NCBI GenBank assembly: GCA_951406725.2
Contig: OX597832.1
Span: 61,008,001 to 61,072,000 of the forward strand
DNA length: 64,000 bases
Reading direction: 5' to 3'
Origin: Octopus vulgaris
Taxonomy: Eukaryota
Made by a program: the position numbers and the translations under genes. Every line of letters begins with the position of its first letter. Position 1 is the stretch's first letter. A model generated the notes under the pieces. The model was not told the origin of the DNA. It did no database searches and worked only from the letters and a program-made list of their open reading frames with translations. Of this stretch, positions 1 through 14,939 are shown piece after piece.

Positions 1-460
1 AGCAAAAAAACAGCTAGAAATCAGGAAAACATCTATTTCTAAAATAACACAAAAATTCAAAATAAACAAGAGCAAAGAGAGACCGCAATACTCCGCCAAC
101 GTTCTCTCAACAATTCGCCAGAGATGATTTTTAAATGAGAATATCTATATATAAATAAAAGACAGGATGTGTGTATTTGTGAGTGTGTGTGTGTGTGTGT
201 GTGTGTACGTGAATGTAATTTATGCACGTCCACAAATTAGCAAGCATGTCGTATTTTCGTCAACTTATTTCCCCCAGAGGCACCAGCAAATAGCAGTAAA
301 AATATATTTTGAACCAAAACTTTTCACAATTTTCAAGTCGGAGAAATCACCATTGTTTGCTAACAGGAGTTAAGTCCCCTTCTAGCGACAAGTAAGTTTT
401 TGTTAAGACTTTTGTTGTTCTCTTCCATCGAGGAAAAAAGTGTTTTGTTGATATACGGTC

Positions 461-545
<85 letters not shown>

Positions 546-639
546 ACACATGAACATGTATGTGTATAAAAAACATGTATGCAATAGGTGTACGTACGTT
601 CGTGCGCGTATGTGTGTGTGTTGCCCATATATATATACT

Positions 640-1350
640 TAAGACTTAGTTGTGATCTAAACATAACCGCTTCTGACAGAGGATCGGGAGCCCTTTTGAG
701 CATTCTAATTTCCTTGCTGTAAGGGTTCCCAACCCATGGGCATAGTGGTGTTTTCAAAGGGCTGGCATGTGCAGCCTGATCACCTCTGCCGATCAAACTC
801 CCAACCCATGTGCTCCCGTCGCGACACTGATTCTGCAGAACTGGGTTGGGTGTGAAAACCAACTTTAAAGTATAAATACAGATGTTTTTGAATCAGCAAT
901 ATTGTGTTCGGTTAAGTCCTATTTGGTGTGAAAAATCAATAAACTGATTCCGAATGGGGATTTTTATCTAATCAGAACAAAAAAAATCATAAACCGATTC
1001 CTTATAGGATTTCCCACTAAAATTGGCTACACCCCATTTTCAACCATAACTTTTACCAATTTTGATGTATTTTGTTCAAACTTGATGCCAGCATTACTTA
1101 GGACTCATGGGATCTTTGAATGCATTAAGTGCTCCAAAAACGGGAGGAAAAATCGATGAGTGGAAAAAATCGATAAACCGATTCCTTATGGGATTACCCA
1201 ATCAAGTTGTCTGCAACTCATTTTCAGCCAACAGTTTACCAATTTCAGCGATTTCGCCCAAATTTGACATTGATGTTACTTAGTTTGGTTTGAAATAAAG
1301 AACTTAATAATCCCAACTTAATCCCGGACAAAGCCGGGCTATACTGCTAG
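640..1350 (+). mobile_element. Non-autonomous Helitron-like element (3' end clear, 5' end approximate)
   Basis: Ends in hairpin CCCGG-acaaag-CCGGG (1323-1338), then ATACTGCTAG|T at 1341-1351. The same terminal decamer ends the 51737-52120 element. Confidence 0.65.
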
Positions 1351-1579
1351 TCTGAAATAAACTCGACTGCTCTCACAAATGAAAATACTAAAACTGAACC
1401 CGACCGCTCTCAAAAATTAAGTTAAAAGAAAAAAAACAGAAAAATAATCCAGAATCGTTGTCCGGTACCGGAAATAAAAGCGCAAGATGGCCCACCCTGC
1501 ACCTTCCATTCCATTAAATCAGGGGTCGGCAAACTTCGTGGAACCGTTGATAACTTATCGAATCACCAGTATATTCTTT

Positions 1580-1788
1580 CTCTTTTACTCTTTTACTTGT
1601 TTCAGTCATTTGACTGCGGCCATGCTGGAGCACCGCCTTTAGTCGATCAAATCGACCCCGGGACTTATTCTTTGTAAGCCCAGTACTTATTCTATCGGTC
1701 TCTTTTGCCGAACCGCTAAGTGGCGGGGACGTAGACATACCAGCATCGGTTGTCGAGCAATGCTAGGGGGACAAACACAGACACACAA

Positions 1789-1833
<45 letters not shown>

Positions 1834-1976
1834 TACGACAGGCTTCTTTCAGTTTCCGTCTACCAAATCCACTCACAAGGCATTGGTCGGCCCGGGGCTA
1901 TAGCAGAAGACACTTGCCCAAGATGCCACGCAGTGGGACTGAACCCGGAACCATGTGGTTGGTTAGCAAGCTACTT
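1580..1976 (-). mobile_element. tRNA-derived SINE family A (CORE-like, internal CA/TA microsatellite, (GTAAAAGA)n tail), head truncated
   Basis: Minus strand has B-box-like GGTTCAGTCCC, CORE-like CTTGGGCAAGTG and tail GAAACAAGTAAAAGAGTAAAAGAG. Near-identical copies recur through the window. Confidence 0.85.
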
Positions 1977-2361
1977 TAAATGTATAATTGATAAAAAATT
2001 TCTTGATTTTAAAGCAATTATTTCTTCGTTCATTTTTGTCATTACCGCTTTTTAGTAAGAAATAATTAAAGAAATTTAATGAAAATACATAACAAAATTG
2101 ACAAGGAGCTTAATAATTCAGACCTATAATGTATATTGATGTTGTCAGAATATGTAATGTGTGATTACAGCTGCGAATACTATGATCATAGGTTCAATCC
2201 ATACTAAGCCGGAGAAACAATGATGATACTTCTTTCTACTATAGGCACACGAGAAAGGGGCTAGTCGAATACATCGATCCCCAGTACCCAACTGGTATTT
2301 GTTTTTATCGAAAAGGATGACGGGCAAAGTTGGCCTCGACAACATTTGAACTCAAAACATA

Positions 2362-2414
<53 letters not shown>

Positions 2415-2985
2415 TAATAATAATAATAATAATAATATTAATAATAATAATAATAATAATAAATGCCTTGATGCAGTACCAGGTAGCGGTTCTCATAGCT
2501 TCTGATCTTAAATGATTGGAAGTGTTATCATTTACATTGTTTTGTCTTGGTATAAAAGATGGGCTACAGCAAATATTCTGCTCAATATCATAGATTTGCT
2601 TGTCAGTTGTTTGACCATAACCAGTTGAGCATGTCCCCTAGTGGATGACGATATGTGCATCACTGATCACGAGCAGAAGTAATGGGGGAGCATCATAGCC
2701 ATGTGATGAGAGGGATTCTTTGGGGTTTGAATATTTCACCTCTGGAAACATGGGAGTTTCGTTCAACATCCTTAAACGACCCTTATTCAGGGACGTTTTG
2801 AGCAAGATGGGTTACTCGACCAGAAGAAAATTCTAACTGGGCCCCACCTGCAAGGCCATGTGCTGTTTATCGTGATATGACATCACCATGTCGCGCACAT
2901 ATGGTTGTGATACATGTGCCTAGTGTACCCTTATCAGACGGGTAGTCATGATGGGTATACTGGGCTTCGTATAATAATAATAATG

Positions 2986-3048
<63 letters not shown>

Positions 3049-3098
3049 TCATCGAAAAATACCTTAGGAATGAGAACCCAGGTTCGAAATTTTTCCGA

Positions 3099-3144
3099 GA
3101 CACCTGACGAAGGCTGGAGGGTATATCAGCCGAAACGTTGTGTT
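3099..3144 (+). ncRNA. Minimal type I hammerhead ribozyme motif (PLE pseudo-LTR type)
   Basis: GACAC-CTGACGA-A-GGCTG..CAGCC-GAAA-CG-TT-GTGTT. Stem I is GACAC/GTGTT, stem II is GGCTG/CAGCC, and stem III is palindromic ACGT. Confidence 0.7.
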
Positions 3145-3887
3145 AACAACAAACAAGATGAGGACCAATATCCGTCAAATGTAAATAATGTAAATAAGGA
3201 GAAATGCTGGTAAGCATTATGTTCGACGCGTTAATGCCATCGAACTCTCCTCCTGGTTACTAAGTTTATGTAAATATAAAATAAAGCGTATCTCGAAACT
3301 GTGATTTCCCAAACGAATTCCATCAAGAATCCGTCCTCTCACCTTCACCTCACCACCTCAGTAAAACATACACAAACAGCATCGTACTCGAGTGACTTCA
3401 CCGTTATCTCTTCCCGACATTCTTCAGTCACAGCTGCACAACTGCTCCAACTGCACATCAATCATCTTCAAGACACGTGGCTTCAAAAATACATACATTC
3501 AAAGAAACACCATAACCAGTTGAGCATGTCCCCTAGTGGCTGACGATATGTACATCACTGATCGCGAGCAGAAGTAATGGGGGAGCATCATAGCCATGTG
3601 ATGAGAGGGATTCTCTGGGGTTTGAATATTTCACCTCTGGAAACATGGGAGTTTCGTTCAACATCCTTAAACGACCCTTATTCAGGGACCTTTTGAGCAA
3701 GATGGGTTACTCGACCAGAAGAAAATTCTAACTGTGCCCCACCTGCAAGGCCATGAGCTGTTTATCGTGATATGACATCACCATGTCGCGCACATATGGT
3801 TGTGATGCATGTGCCTAGTGTACCCTTATCAGACAGGTAGTCATGATGGGTATACTGGGCTTCGTATATTTTACCCCAATGTCACTC

Positions 3888-3936
<49 letters not shown>

Positions 3937-3978
3937 GTAATAATAATAATAATAATAATAACAATAATAAGCTAAGGA

Positions 3979-4112
3979 TGCCCCGGTGATAACAGAATCA
4001 ATGTGAAAGAAGAAAAAATAAACAACTATGACGATTCGAAGTGGGAAATACTAAGGTTGTGGTCAGTGAAGAGAGTAGATGTGGTACCAATAGTAACTGG
4101 TGACTTGGAAGT
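3979..4112 (+). pseudogene. Fragment of R4/Dong-clade non-LTR retrotransposon restriction-like endonuclease domain
   Basis: Translates CPGDNRINVKEEKINNYDDSKWEILRLWSVKRVDVVPIVTGDL, matching the P.D....KE.EK..KY.DL..EI.RLW....VPIV.GALG motif. It lies next to (AAT)n, the known Dong target. Confidence 0.7.
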
Positions 4113-4134
4113 GCACTGCTTGGAATATGCCTAC

Positions 4135-4380
4135 GGGCATATGGCGTAGTGGTTAAGAGCGCGGGCTACTAACCCCAAGATTCCGAGTTCGATACCAAGC
4201 AGTGACCTGAATAATAATAATAATAATAACATCATCGAAAAATACTTTAGGAATGAGAACCCAGGTTCGAAATTTCTCCGAGACACCTGACGAAGGCTGG
4301 AGGGTATATCAGCCGAAACGTTGTGTTAACAACAAACAAGATGAGGACCAATATCCGTCAAATGTAAATAATGTAAATAA
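4135..4380 (+). mobile_element. tRNA-headed SINE-like unit with Penelope-derived, hammerhead-containing 3' part
   Basis: A-box TGGCGTAGTGG (4142-4152), anticodon-like arm GGG-CTACTAA-CCC and B-box GAGTTCGATACC (4185-4196). These are followed by (AAT)n, an HHR at 4282-4327 and a tail shared with the PLE at 27730-28146. Confidence 0.7.
4282..4327 (+). ncRNA. Minimal type I hammerhead ribozyme motif
   Basis: Identical to 3099-3144: CTGACGA at 4287-4293, GAAA at 4315-4318. Confidence 0.7.
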
Positions 4381-5174
4381 GGAGAAATGCTGGTAAGCAT
4401 TATGTTCGACGCGTTAATGCCATCGAACTCTCCTCCTGGTTACTAAGTTTATGTAAATATAAAATAAAGCGTATCTCGAAACTGTGATTTCCCAAACGAA
4501 TTCCATCAAGAATCCGTCCTCTCACCTTCGCCTCACCACCTCAGTAAAACATACACAAACAGCATCGTACTCGAGTGACTTCACCGTTATCTCTTCCCGA
4601 CATTCCTCAGTCACAGCTGCACAACTGCTCCAACTGCACATCAATCATCTTCAAGACACGTGGCTTCAAAAATACATACATTCAAAGAAATCCCAAAGAA
4701 ACACCTACCAGTTTCCGCTATCTCCTAAACAAAACAAAACATCAAATACGATTGCTATCTGACTCATCAACTGTCAACACATCGCTCACATTTAACACCA
4801 AAAATACTAAGAATAAGAATTGCCAAGAACACTGCCATTGCACTCATAGTCTTTTATATACGAACATGATACAACTTCTGGCGTTTAAATAATACACATA
4901 CATCAAGTATACTGTATTGATATTTTTATTACAGAGCTGCATATATCGCATAATTAGAATTTAGCCATAAATTAGTATACCAGTATGATTAAAACGTTTA
5001 AAATGTATATACAAATGTGAAAAGAAATTGGCTGTAATATTTATTCTCAGACTAAAAGAAAAAAAAGCTCCCCAAAACTAGGGAGACTCGCTCAGAACAC
5101 CAGTGGATCGCCAGACAGTTTCGACCTGATTTAGTCTCCTCAGTGTAAATGAAAAAAATATGAATAGAAAAATC

Positions 5175-5492
5175 TAGCTCTCCATCGGTTACGATGGCAA
5201 GCGTTTCAGCTGATTCGATCAACGGAACGGCCTGCGGTGTGAAATTAACGTGCAAGTGGCTGAGCAGACACGAGTACGCTTATCGTAGTTCTCAGGGACA
5301 TTCAGCATAGCACACCGAATGTGACAAGGCTGGCTCTTTGAAATACAAGTACAATTTATTTTTGCCAGCTGAGAGGACTGGAGCAACGTGAAATAAATTG
5401 ACTTGTTCAAAGGCACAACGCGCCGCCGGGAATCGAACTCAAAACCTTACGATCATAATCCGAATAACCTAACCGCTAAGCCGCGCGCCTTC
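5175..5492 (-). mobile_element. tRNA-derived SINE family C
   Basis: Minus strand has head GAAGGCGCGCGGCTTAGCGGTTAG and B-box GAGTTCGATTCC. The body CTCAGCCACTTGCACGTTAATTTCAC is shared with the 14405 and 57664 copies. Confidence 0.8.
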
Positions 5493-6000
5493 TCAGAGTG
5501 AGTATGGTTAGACACAATGTTTCGAATTAATTTGGTCTCTTCAGTGACGAGACTAAATCGTGGGGAATTATTTGTTGGTTTCAACGATGACCATTTCACA
5601 CGTAAGACCAACAAATTTTTTACGTGTGGAATAAAAGTGTAAGTGGTTGAATATCCTGCAGTCAGTTGGCACCATAACGAGATTCTTAGCACGAATCAGC
5701 GCGACGCAAATAAACTTTTAGTAGTTCAGACGGTTGAACAACCGAAAACCCAGAGGCGGAAATTCAAACCTAGATCCATGCTTTCTTCTTTCTTTCTTTT
5801 TTTTTTTTTTTTTTTTGGACCTAATCATATTTGCTTTATCAAAATGCAGGATGAGATTTGAAGCAGATTTGGCTGCCATTTCATGTAGATCGAACAACCA
5901 CCTAGTGTTTTTTATGCTGGTGTTGGGCTGTTAAATCGTTGTCGTCTAAAACAATATGAGGAATCAGAACTGACTAAAAGCCTTTGAGCAACGATGGAAT

Positions 6001-6221
6001 GAGTGGTAGATTTGTTGTTGCTGTTGTTGTTGGTGGTGGTAGTGGTAGTGATGGTAGTATTTGAAGTAGGATCTGAGGAGTTGGTAGTAGTAGTAGTAGT
6101 AGTAGTAGTGACGGCGTGCTGAGGTGACAATAGAAGTGGTTGTCCTTGTACTTATAGTGATAGTAGTAGTAATAGCAGTAGTGGCGCTAGTAGTTGTAGT
6201 AATTGTGTGCAAATAATGGTT

Positions 6222-6254
<33 letters not shown>

Positions 6255-6812
6255 TTGGCAGCAGCAGTACTAGTGTTGGTAGTAGTAGTAGTGTTTGTAA
6301 TGGTAGGATGTAGCGTCGGTGGTGGTGTTGGTGGTGGTGGCGTCGGCGGTGGTGTTAGTGGTGGTAGCGGTGGTAATGGCGTGCAAAGTGGTGGTGGAGG
6401 GCGGTGTCGCGACAGCACCAAACACAATAGAATCATTAAAACATTTCCAAGACAATTGCTCTCTTATATCTCAAGAATTCGGACAGGGCTTAGTCACACG
6501 TCAAAACACACACACACACATCCAACACACACACATACCGATACACACACACACATACACCGACACACACACACATACACCGACACACACACACACATCT
6601 CCATACACACATACACACGTCCCAACACACATACATACATACATACGTCCCAACGTACACCCCCCCCCCGCACACATCCCAACACGCATACACACATTCC
6701 AAAACACACCCACACACATACATCCCAACGCGCACACATCGCAACACACCCACACACATCCCAAAACACACACACACGTCCACACACATCCCAACACACA
6801 TACACACATCCC

Positions 6813-6844
<32 letters not shown>

Positions 6845-7020
6845 TCCCAAAACACACACACACGTCCACACACATCCCAACACACATCCCAAAACACACA
6901 CATGTATACCAAAACATACACAGACATAAAAATCACACACTCCGCACCAACACACACACAGACATAAACACACACACCTACACACACCTACACACACATC
7001 CGCACACACTGCCACGTGCC
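6001..7020. repeat. Low-complexity (GTA/GGT)n followed by CA-derived composite repeat (CACACACATCCCAA-like)
   Basis: Direct reading; this tract explains the poly-V/G and HT-rich ORFs. Confidence 0.9.
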
Positions 7021-7297
7021 CCCACCCCCACTTTTCTCATTTTGTTTACTTTTCAAGTTTATCTCTTTCTTATTTTCCTTGTCTTCATAATTTCCTTATT
7101 TTCCTCTACCTTTCTTTCTCTCTGTCCTTCTCTCTCCCTCTTCCCTCTCTTTATAATCCCCTCTCTCTCTCTCTTCCACCCCCTTTTCTTTCTATTTACA
7201 TTACATTATTTTTTCTGACAATGTATCTCGTTCTTCTTTCTTTCTTTCTTTTTGGTACCACATTTATCCTCCTCTGTCTTTCTCTCTCCCTTTTCAC

Positions 7298-7367
<70 letters not shown>

Positions 7368-7395
7368 GTCTCTCCGTCAGTCTGTCTGCCTATCA

Positions 7396-7479
<84 letters not shown>

Positions 7480-7571
7480 GTCTATATGTCTGTCTGTCTG
7501 TCTGTTTGTCTATCAATCTATGTATGTGAGTCTCAAACTTTTTCTTCCTGTTGTTTACTATATGCCTCACA

Positions 7572-7764
7572 CTCTTTACTCTCTTTTACTTGTTTCAGTC
7601 ATTTTACTGTGGCCATGCTGGAGCACCGCCTTTAGTCGAGCAAATCGATCCCGGGACTTATTCTTTGTAAGCCCAGTACTTATTCTATCGGTCTCTTTTG
7701 CCGAACCGCTAAGTGACGGGGACGTAAACACACCAGCATTGGTTGTCAAGCAATGCTAGGGGGA

Positions 7765-7859
<95 letters not shown>

Positions 7860-8035
7860 TATATACATATATACGACAGGCTTCTTTCAGTTTCCGTCTA
7901 CCAAATCCACTCACAAGGCTTTGGTCGGCCCGAGGCTATAGCAGAAGACACTTGCTTAAGATGCCACGCAGTGGGACTGAACCCGAACTATGTGGTTGGT
8001 TAGCAAGCTACTTACCACACAGCCACTCCTGCGCC
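7572..8035 (-). mobile_element. SINE family A, full length
   Basis: Head GGCGCAGGAGTGGCTGTGTGGTAAG through to the tail, on the minus strand. Confidence 0.9.
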
Positions 8036-8399
8036 TACCCCTCTTTCTTTTCTTTCTTTCTTTCTTTCTCTTCTTTCTCTTCTTTCTCTCCCTTTCTACT
8101 TCTTCCCCTCCCTTCAATTATTGTCTCATTCCTCTCGAATTTTCATTCAATCTCTCCTAATTCTTCCTCCCTAAGTCTTTCACAGTCATCAACAACAACA
8201 ACAACAACAACCGTTCGCAAGTTTATACATTTTGACATAAAAGTTACAGACACCAACTCACTCACAAACACACAAAAACGTGCACCCGTATACATATAAA
8301 GGCAGATACACAATCGCATTGTACATACACACTCATACATATTCAAGCATATACACGCATAAGTAAATAGACAACAACTAACCTAAAGCACACACACGA

Positions 8400-10700
<2,301 letters not shown>

Positions 10701-10724
10701 CGTACACACACATACAGACACATA

Positions 10725-11141
10725 CTCTTTTACTCTTTACTCTTTTACTTGTTTCAGTCATTTGACTGCGGCCATGCTGGAGCATCGCCTTTAGTCGATC
10801 AAATCGACCCCGGGACTTATTCTTTGTAAGCCCAGTACTTATTCTATCGGTGTCTTTTGCCGAACAGCTAAGTGACGGGGACGTAAACACACCAGCATCG
10901 GTTGTCAAGCAATGCTAGGGGGACAAACACAGACACATAACACCCCACCACACACACATATATATATATATATATATACGACAGGCTTCTTTCAGTTTCC
11001 GTCTACCAAATCCACTCACAAGGCTTTGGTCGGCCCGGGGCTATAGCAGAAGACACTTGCCCAAGATGCCACGCAGTGGGACTGAACCCGGAACCATGTG
11101 GTTGGTTAGCAAGCTACTTACCACACAGCCACTCCTGCGCC
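10725..11141 (-). mobile_element. SINE family A, full length
   Basis: Same head, core and tail as 7572-8035. Confidence 0.9.
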
Positions 11142-11310
11142 TATGTATATGCAAGTATATATATACATGCATATATATGTATGTATATATATATATATAT
11201 ATATACATGCATGTATGTATATATATATATATATATACACATGTATATATATACATATATATATATGCATATATGCATGTATGTATGTATATATCTATCT
11301 ATTTATCTAA

Positions 11311-11389
<79 letters not shown>

Positions 11390-11506
11390 TGCAGATATAC
11401 ATGTATATATGTATATATATATATATATACAGATATATACATATATGCATATATACATGTATGTATGTATATATACATATACATATATATCTATCTATAT
11501 ATATAA

Positions 11507-11559
<53 letters not shown>

Positions 11560-11844
11560 CAAGCAGTGTCTGTGCACCTCTGCTTGTAAATACCTCCTAT
11601 ACACACGCGTTTCGTAGCCATACATACATGACTGTCTGATTAAGAAGTTCGCGCTTCGCAATATGGTTCCCGGTTCAGTCCCACATCATGGCGCTTTGAG
11701 CAATTGTCCTCATTTATACCCCGAAACCAACTAATTCCTTCTAAGTATGGGGGACGGAGTTTGAGTAAGGTTTCCTCACACACATCCACACACACAATCA
11801 CACGTATTACTATGCATATATAATTAGACGATACATTTCTACAC

Positions 11845-11887
<43 letters not shown>

Positions 11888-12066
11888 ACCCTTGTCCTTC
11901 CTCAACTGATGCTGGTTTGCCTACGTCCTCCTAACCTAGCAATCTAGCAGAAAACATGGACAGAATGAGTAAGAATCTTAAAAAGAAAATAGTGATCTCA
12001 TTTTGATCAACTACACACTTCAAAGCGGTAGTCCAGCATGGCCGCAGTCGTTGACTGATACAAATA

Positions 12067-12113
<47 letters not shown>

Positions 12114-12130
12114 GTTGTCGAGAGAGGCTC

Positions 12131-12223
12131 CCTTTCTTTCCTGATGAGAAGATTGCATAATGCACCCTTTATTCCTTTGGAATGAAAACATGCTGTCTTC
12201 GAAACATGTGTCGAGAGTAAAGG
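12131..12223 (+). ncRNA. Type I hammerhead ribozyme, copy 1 (predicted cleavage after GUC, C12212)
   Basis: Stem I CCTTTCTTTC/GAGAG(T)AAAGG; CTGATGA 12141-12147; stem II GAAGA..GCAT/ATGC..TCTTC; GAAA 12201-12204; stem III ACATGTGT; GTC triplet. Confidence 0.8.
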
Positions 12224-12296
12224 AATTTTGTTAACATCTTCGTTCGACTTCATTCTTTAATTTATATATATATATATATGTTGTCAAGAGAGGCTC

Positions 12297-12389
12297 CCTT
12301 TCTTTCCTGATGAGAAGATTGCATAATGCACCCTTTATTCCTTTAGAATGAAAACATGCTGTCTTCGAAACATGTGTCGAGAGTAAAGG
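12297..12389 (+). ncRNA. Type I hammerhead ribozyme, copy 2 (predicted cleavage after C12378)
   Basis: CTGATGA 12307-12313, GAAA 12367-12370, GTC 12376-12378. The core is identical to copy 1. Confidence 0.8.
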
Positions 12390-12425
12390 AATTTTTTTAA
12401 CATCTTCGTTCGACTCCATTCTTTA

Positions 12426-12493
<68 letters not shown>

Positions 12494-12714
12494 TGAAGAT
12501 TTAGTTTCATATGCCAAAATCATGAGGTTCACATCTTATATTATTTTATTCATTAACTGCTTCCAATCAACCGTTTACGGCCATGCTGGGGCAATACCTT
12601 CAAAGGCATTTGAGTGATGATATCAACACTAGTTCATTGCCTGGTACCAGCGATATAATTATATTGCATTCATCCTGTCATAAATGAAAGGCGAAGTCAT
12701 TACACACACCACGT

Positions 12715-12762
<48 letters not shown>

Positions 12763-13829
12763 CGCGTGTGTGTGTGTGTGTGTGCGCGCGTGTGCGTGTG
12801 TATGTATGTATGTATGTATGTGTGTGTGTGTGTGTTGCGAAATACTTTTGCGTTTACGCACAGGGCAGAAAATCTTTCTATATCTAATAGATATTATAAA
12901 GTGTGCATATTTTATTAGAAGATAAAGCTTCTTCAAACGTGGTTCTCTGTTGAAATCGTAACTGAGTTTCATGTTTCCGATTGTTCAAATGATTGATGAA
13001 CGCAGCAACATGACAACATACAAACAAATACATCAAAATATGAATAGCTAGCAGAACATTGAGATTTGATTGCTTGCCAAAAGAGCGGTGGGAAGGGACA
13101 TTAGACAAGGTGACACCTTTTCATGTGTTCATTCCCACGTGATATTTTTCATCTGTACAGATGCAAAATTACATGATAGCTTCCTCTTTTTCCAGTGCCC
13201 TGTGCAAAAAATAACACGTGATCAGGCGAAGTGGTTGGGTCTTGTTGAAGTCTTAGTGTTGATATGAGTGTGAAAACTGGCGCCCCCTTTTTCAAGGTAT
13301 TATAAATTTTGAACTTAGGAAATAAAACTTGAAGTCAGTTGGTAGATAGAAATGAATCGATAAATGGCGAAGGGAGTGGTTGCAAAACAACACCTGTTCA
13401 GGTGTTTTGTCCGAAACTGCGAAGGACTGGAAGTGATTATTAAACATTTACGAGATCGAACTTGAGTTAACGCAACTAAACATCATCATCATCATCATCG
13501 TTGTCAACATGACCTTGGTCATCAAGAGCGTGTTCACCACTACCATCACTACCACCACCATCGCCACCTGTATCATCACCACATTTATCTCCATCACACT
13601 TATTACCATTACTCTCATCACCACCACCACCACCGTCACATATACACTGAACTCACCATTGTGGTGTGTGGCTGACTTAGAAATTCCGGGCGACGATGTA
13701 ATCTTCATTTCACTAAGTTTATCACCGCCAGACGGTTGGCTACGTTGAGTATAACATGCTAGAAGACGAGCTTCAGATGGATACGAAACATGTGCAGCGT
13801 GCATTTTACCTGTCACACTCCCAACAATT

Positions 13830-13868
<39 letters not shown>

Positions 13869-14404
13869 TGTGTGTGAGTGACATTCAAATAACATACATA
13901 CATACATACATACACGCACCAATAAAAATTTGTGTCAAATACACATTTTCTGAATTTTACAAATATGTAAAAATATATATATAAATCTTTACAATACTTG
14001 TAAACAGCAAACAGAGACATATTTCTCTGTTACACACACACACAAACTGAGTTTTGTTGGTTTTTTTATGATGTTTTTTTTTTTTTTTTTTTTTTGCTGG
14101 TTTTCTAGCAAGTTCTCGAAGGTGTAAAGTATGTTTTCGAAAGATACCTACTCATGAGAGATTGTTAGTTTGGTGAAGTGCTACAGTGTCTGCAGTCAAG
14201 TATTTGGCATGGAGTCATTTCACTTAGACTGTTTCAACATGTTCTGTGTGTGTTGTTCAGAAGTAATTGGTTTTATACGAAGTGGTAACACGAGTTGCAT
14301 ATATGCTGAGATTTACCTGTATTTGTATGTAGTGTATACGGATATCATATATGTGTGTATGTATGTACGTACGTATGTATGTGTTTGTATGTATATATGT
14401 ATTT

Positions 14405-14767
14405 GGAGGCGCAATGGCCCAGTGGTTAGAGCAGTGAACTTGCGGTCGTAGGATCGTGGTGTCGATTCCCAAACCGGGCGTTGTGAGTGTTAATTGAGCG
14501 AAAACATCTAAAGCACTACGAGGCTCCGGCAGGGTGTGGTGGCGAACCCTACTGTTATTTTCTCTCACTCTTTCTTGCTGTTTCTGTTGTACTTGTAATT
14601 CAAAGGGGCCAGCCTCGTCACACTCTGTGTCACGCTGAATCTCCTCAAGGACTACGTTAAGGGTACACGTGTCCGTGGAGTACTCAGCCACTTGCACGTT
14701 AATTTCATGAGCAGGCTGTTGATCGGATCAACTGGAACCCTCGTTGTCGTAACCGACGCAGTGCCAC
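14405..14767 (+). mobile_element. tRNA-derived SINE family C
   Basis: A-box TGGCCCAGTGG and B-box-like GTGTCGATTCC; 3' body shared with the 5175 and 57664 copies. Confidence 0.8.
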
Positions 14768-14939
14768 GACCATGTTGTATGTATGTATGTATGTATGTAT
14801 GTATGTATGTATGTATGTATGTATGTATGTATGTGTTTGCGTGTGTGTGAACGGGATGATATGTATAATAGAAACGAAATGTATATAGTTTTTATTATGC
14901 TAAACTATCGAATGTCCAAATTTGGCAAAAATGCGGGGT

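Larger units (their letters stand above)
2614..4705. repeat. Local tandem duplication (2614-3508 / 3509-4705), first copy internally deleted at (AAT)n
   Basis: 2614-2970 matches 3509-3867, and 3047-3511 matches 4228-4705. The junction has ACC microhomology. Confidence 0.85.
12114..12430 (+). repeat. Head-to-tail dimer of a 166-bp unit, each unit with an intact hammerhead core
   Basis: Units start at 12114 and 12280 and differ by about 4 substitutions. They are separated and flanked by (TA)n. Confidence 0.9.

Noticed and set aside
4135-4210. Possible tRNA gene (also 14405-14480 and other SINE heads)
   Set aside because: Acceptor and T stems are imperfect and the sequence runs into repeat bodies, so these are SINE heads.
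6207-7218. Long 240-299 aa ORFs with Gly/Val and His/Thr repeats
   Set aside because: They overlap in several frames on both strands and derive from GTA/GGT and CA repeats.
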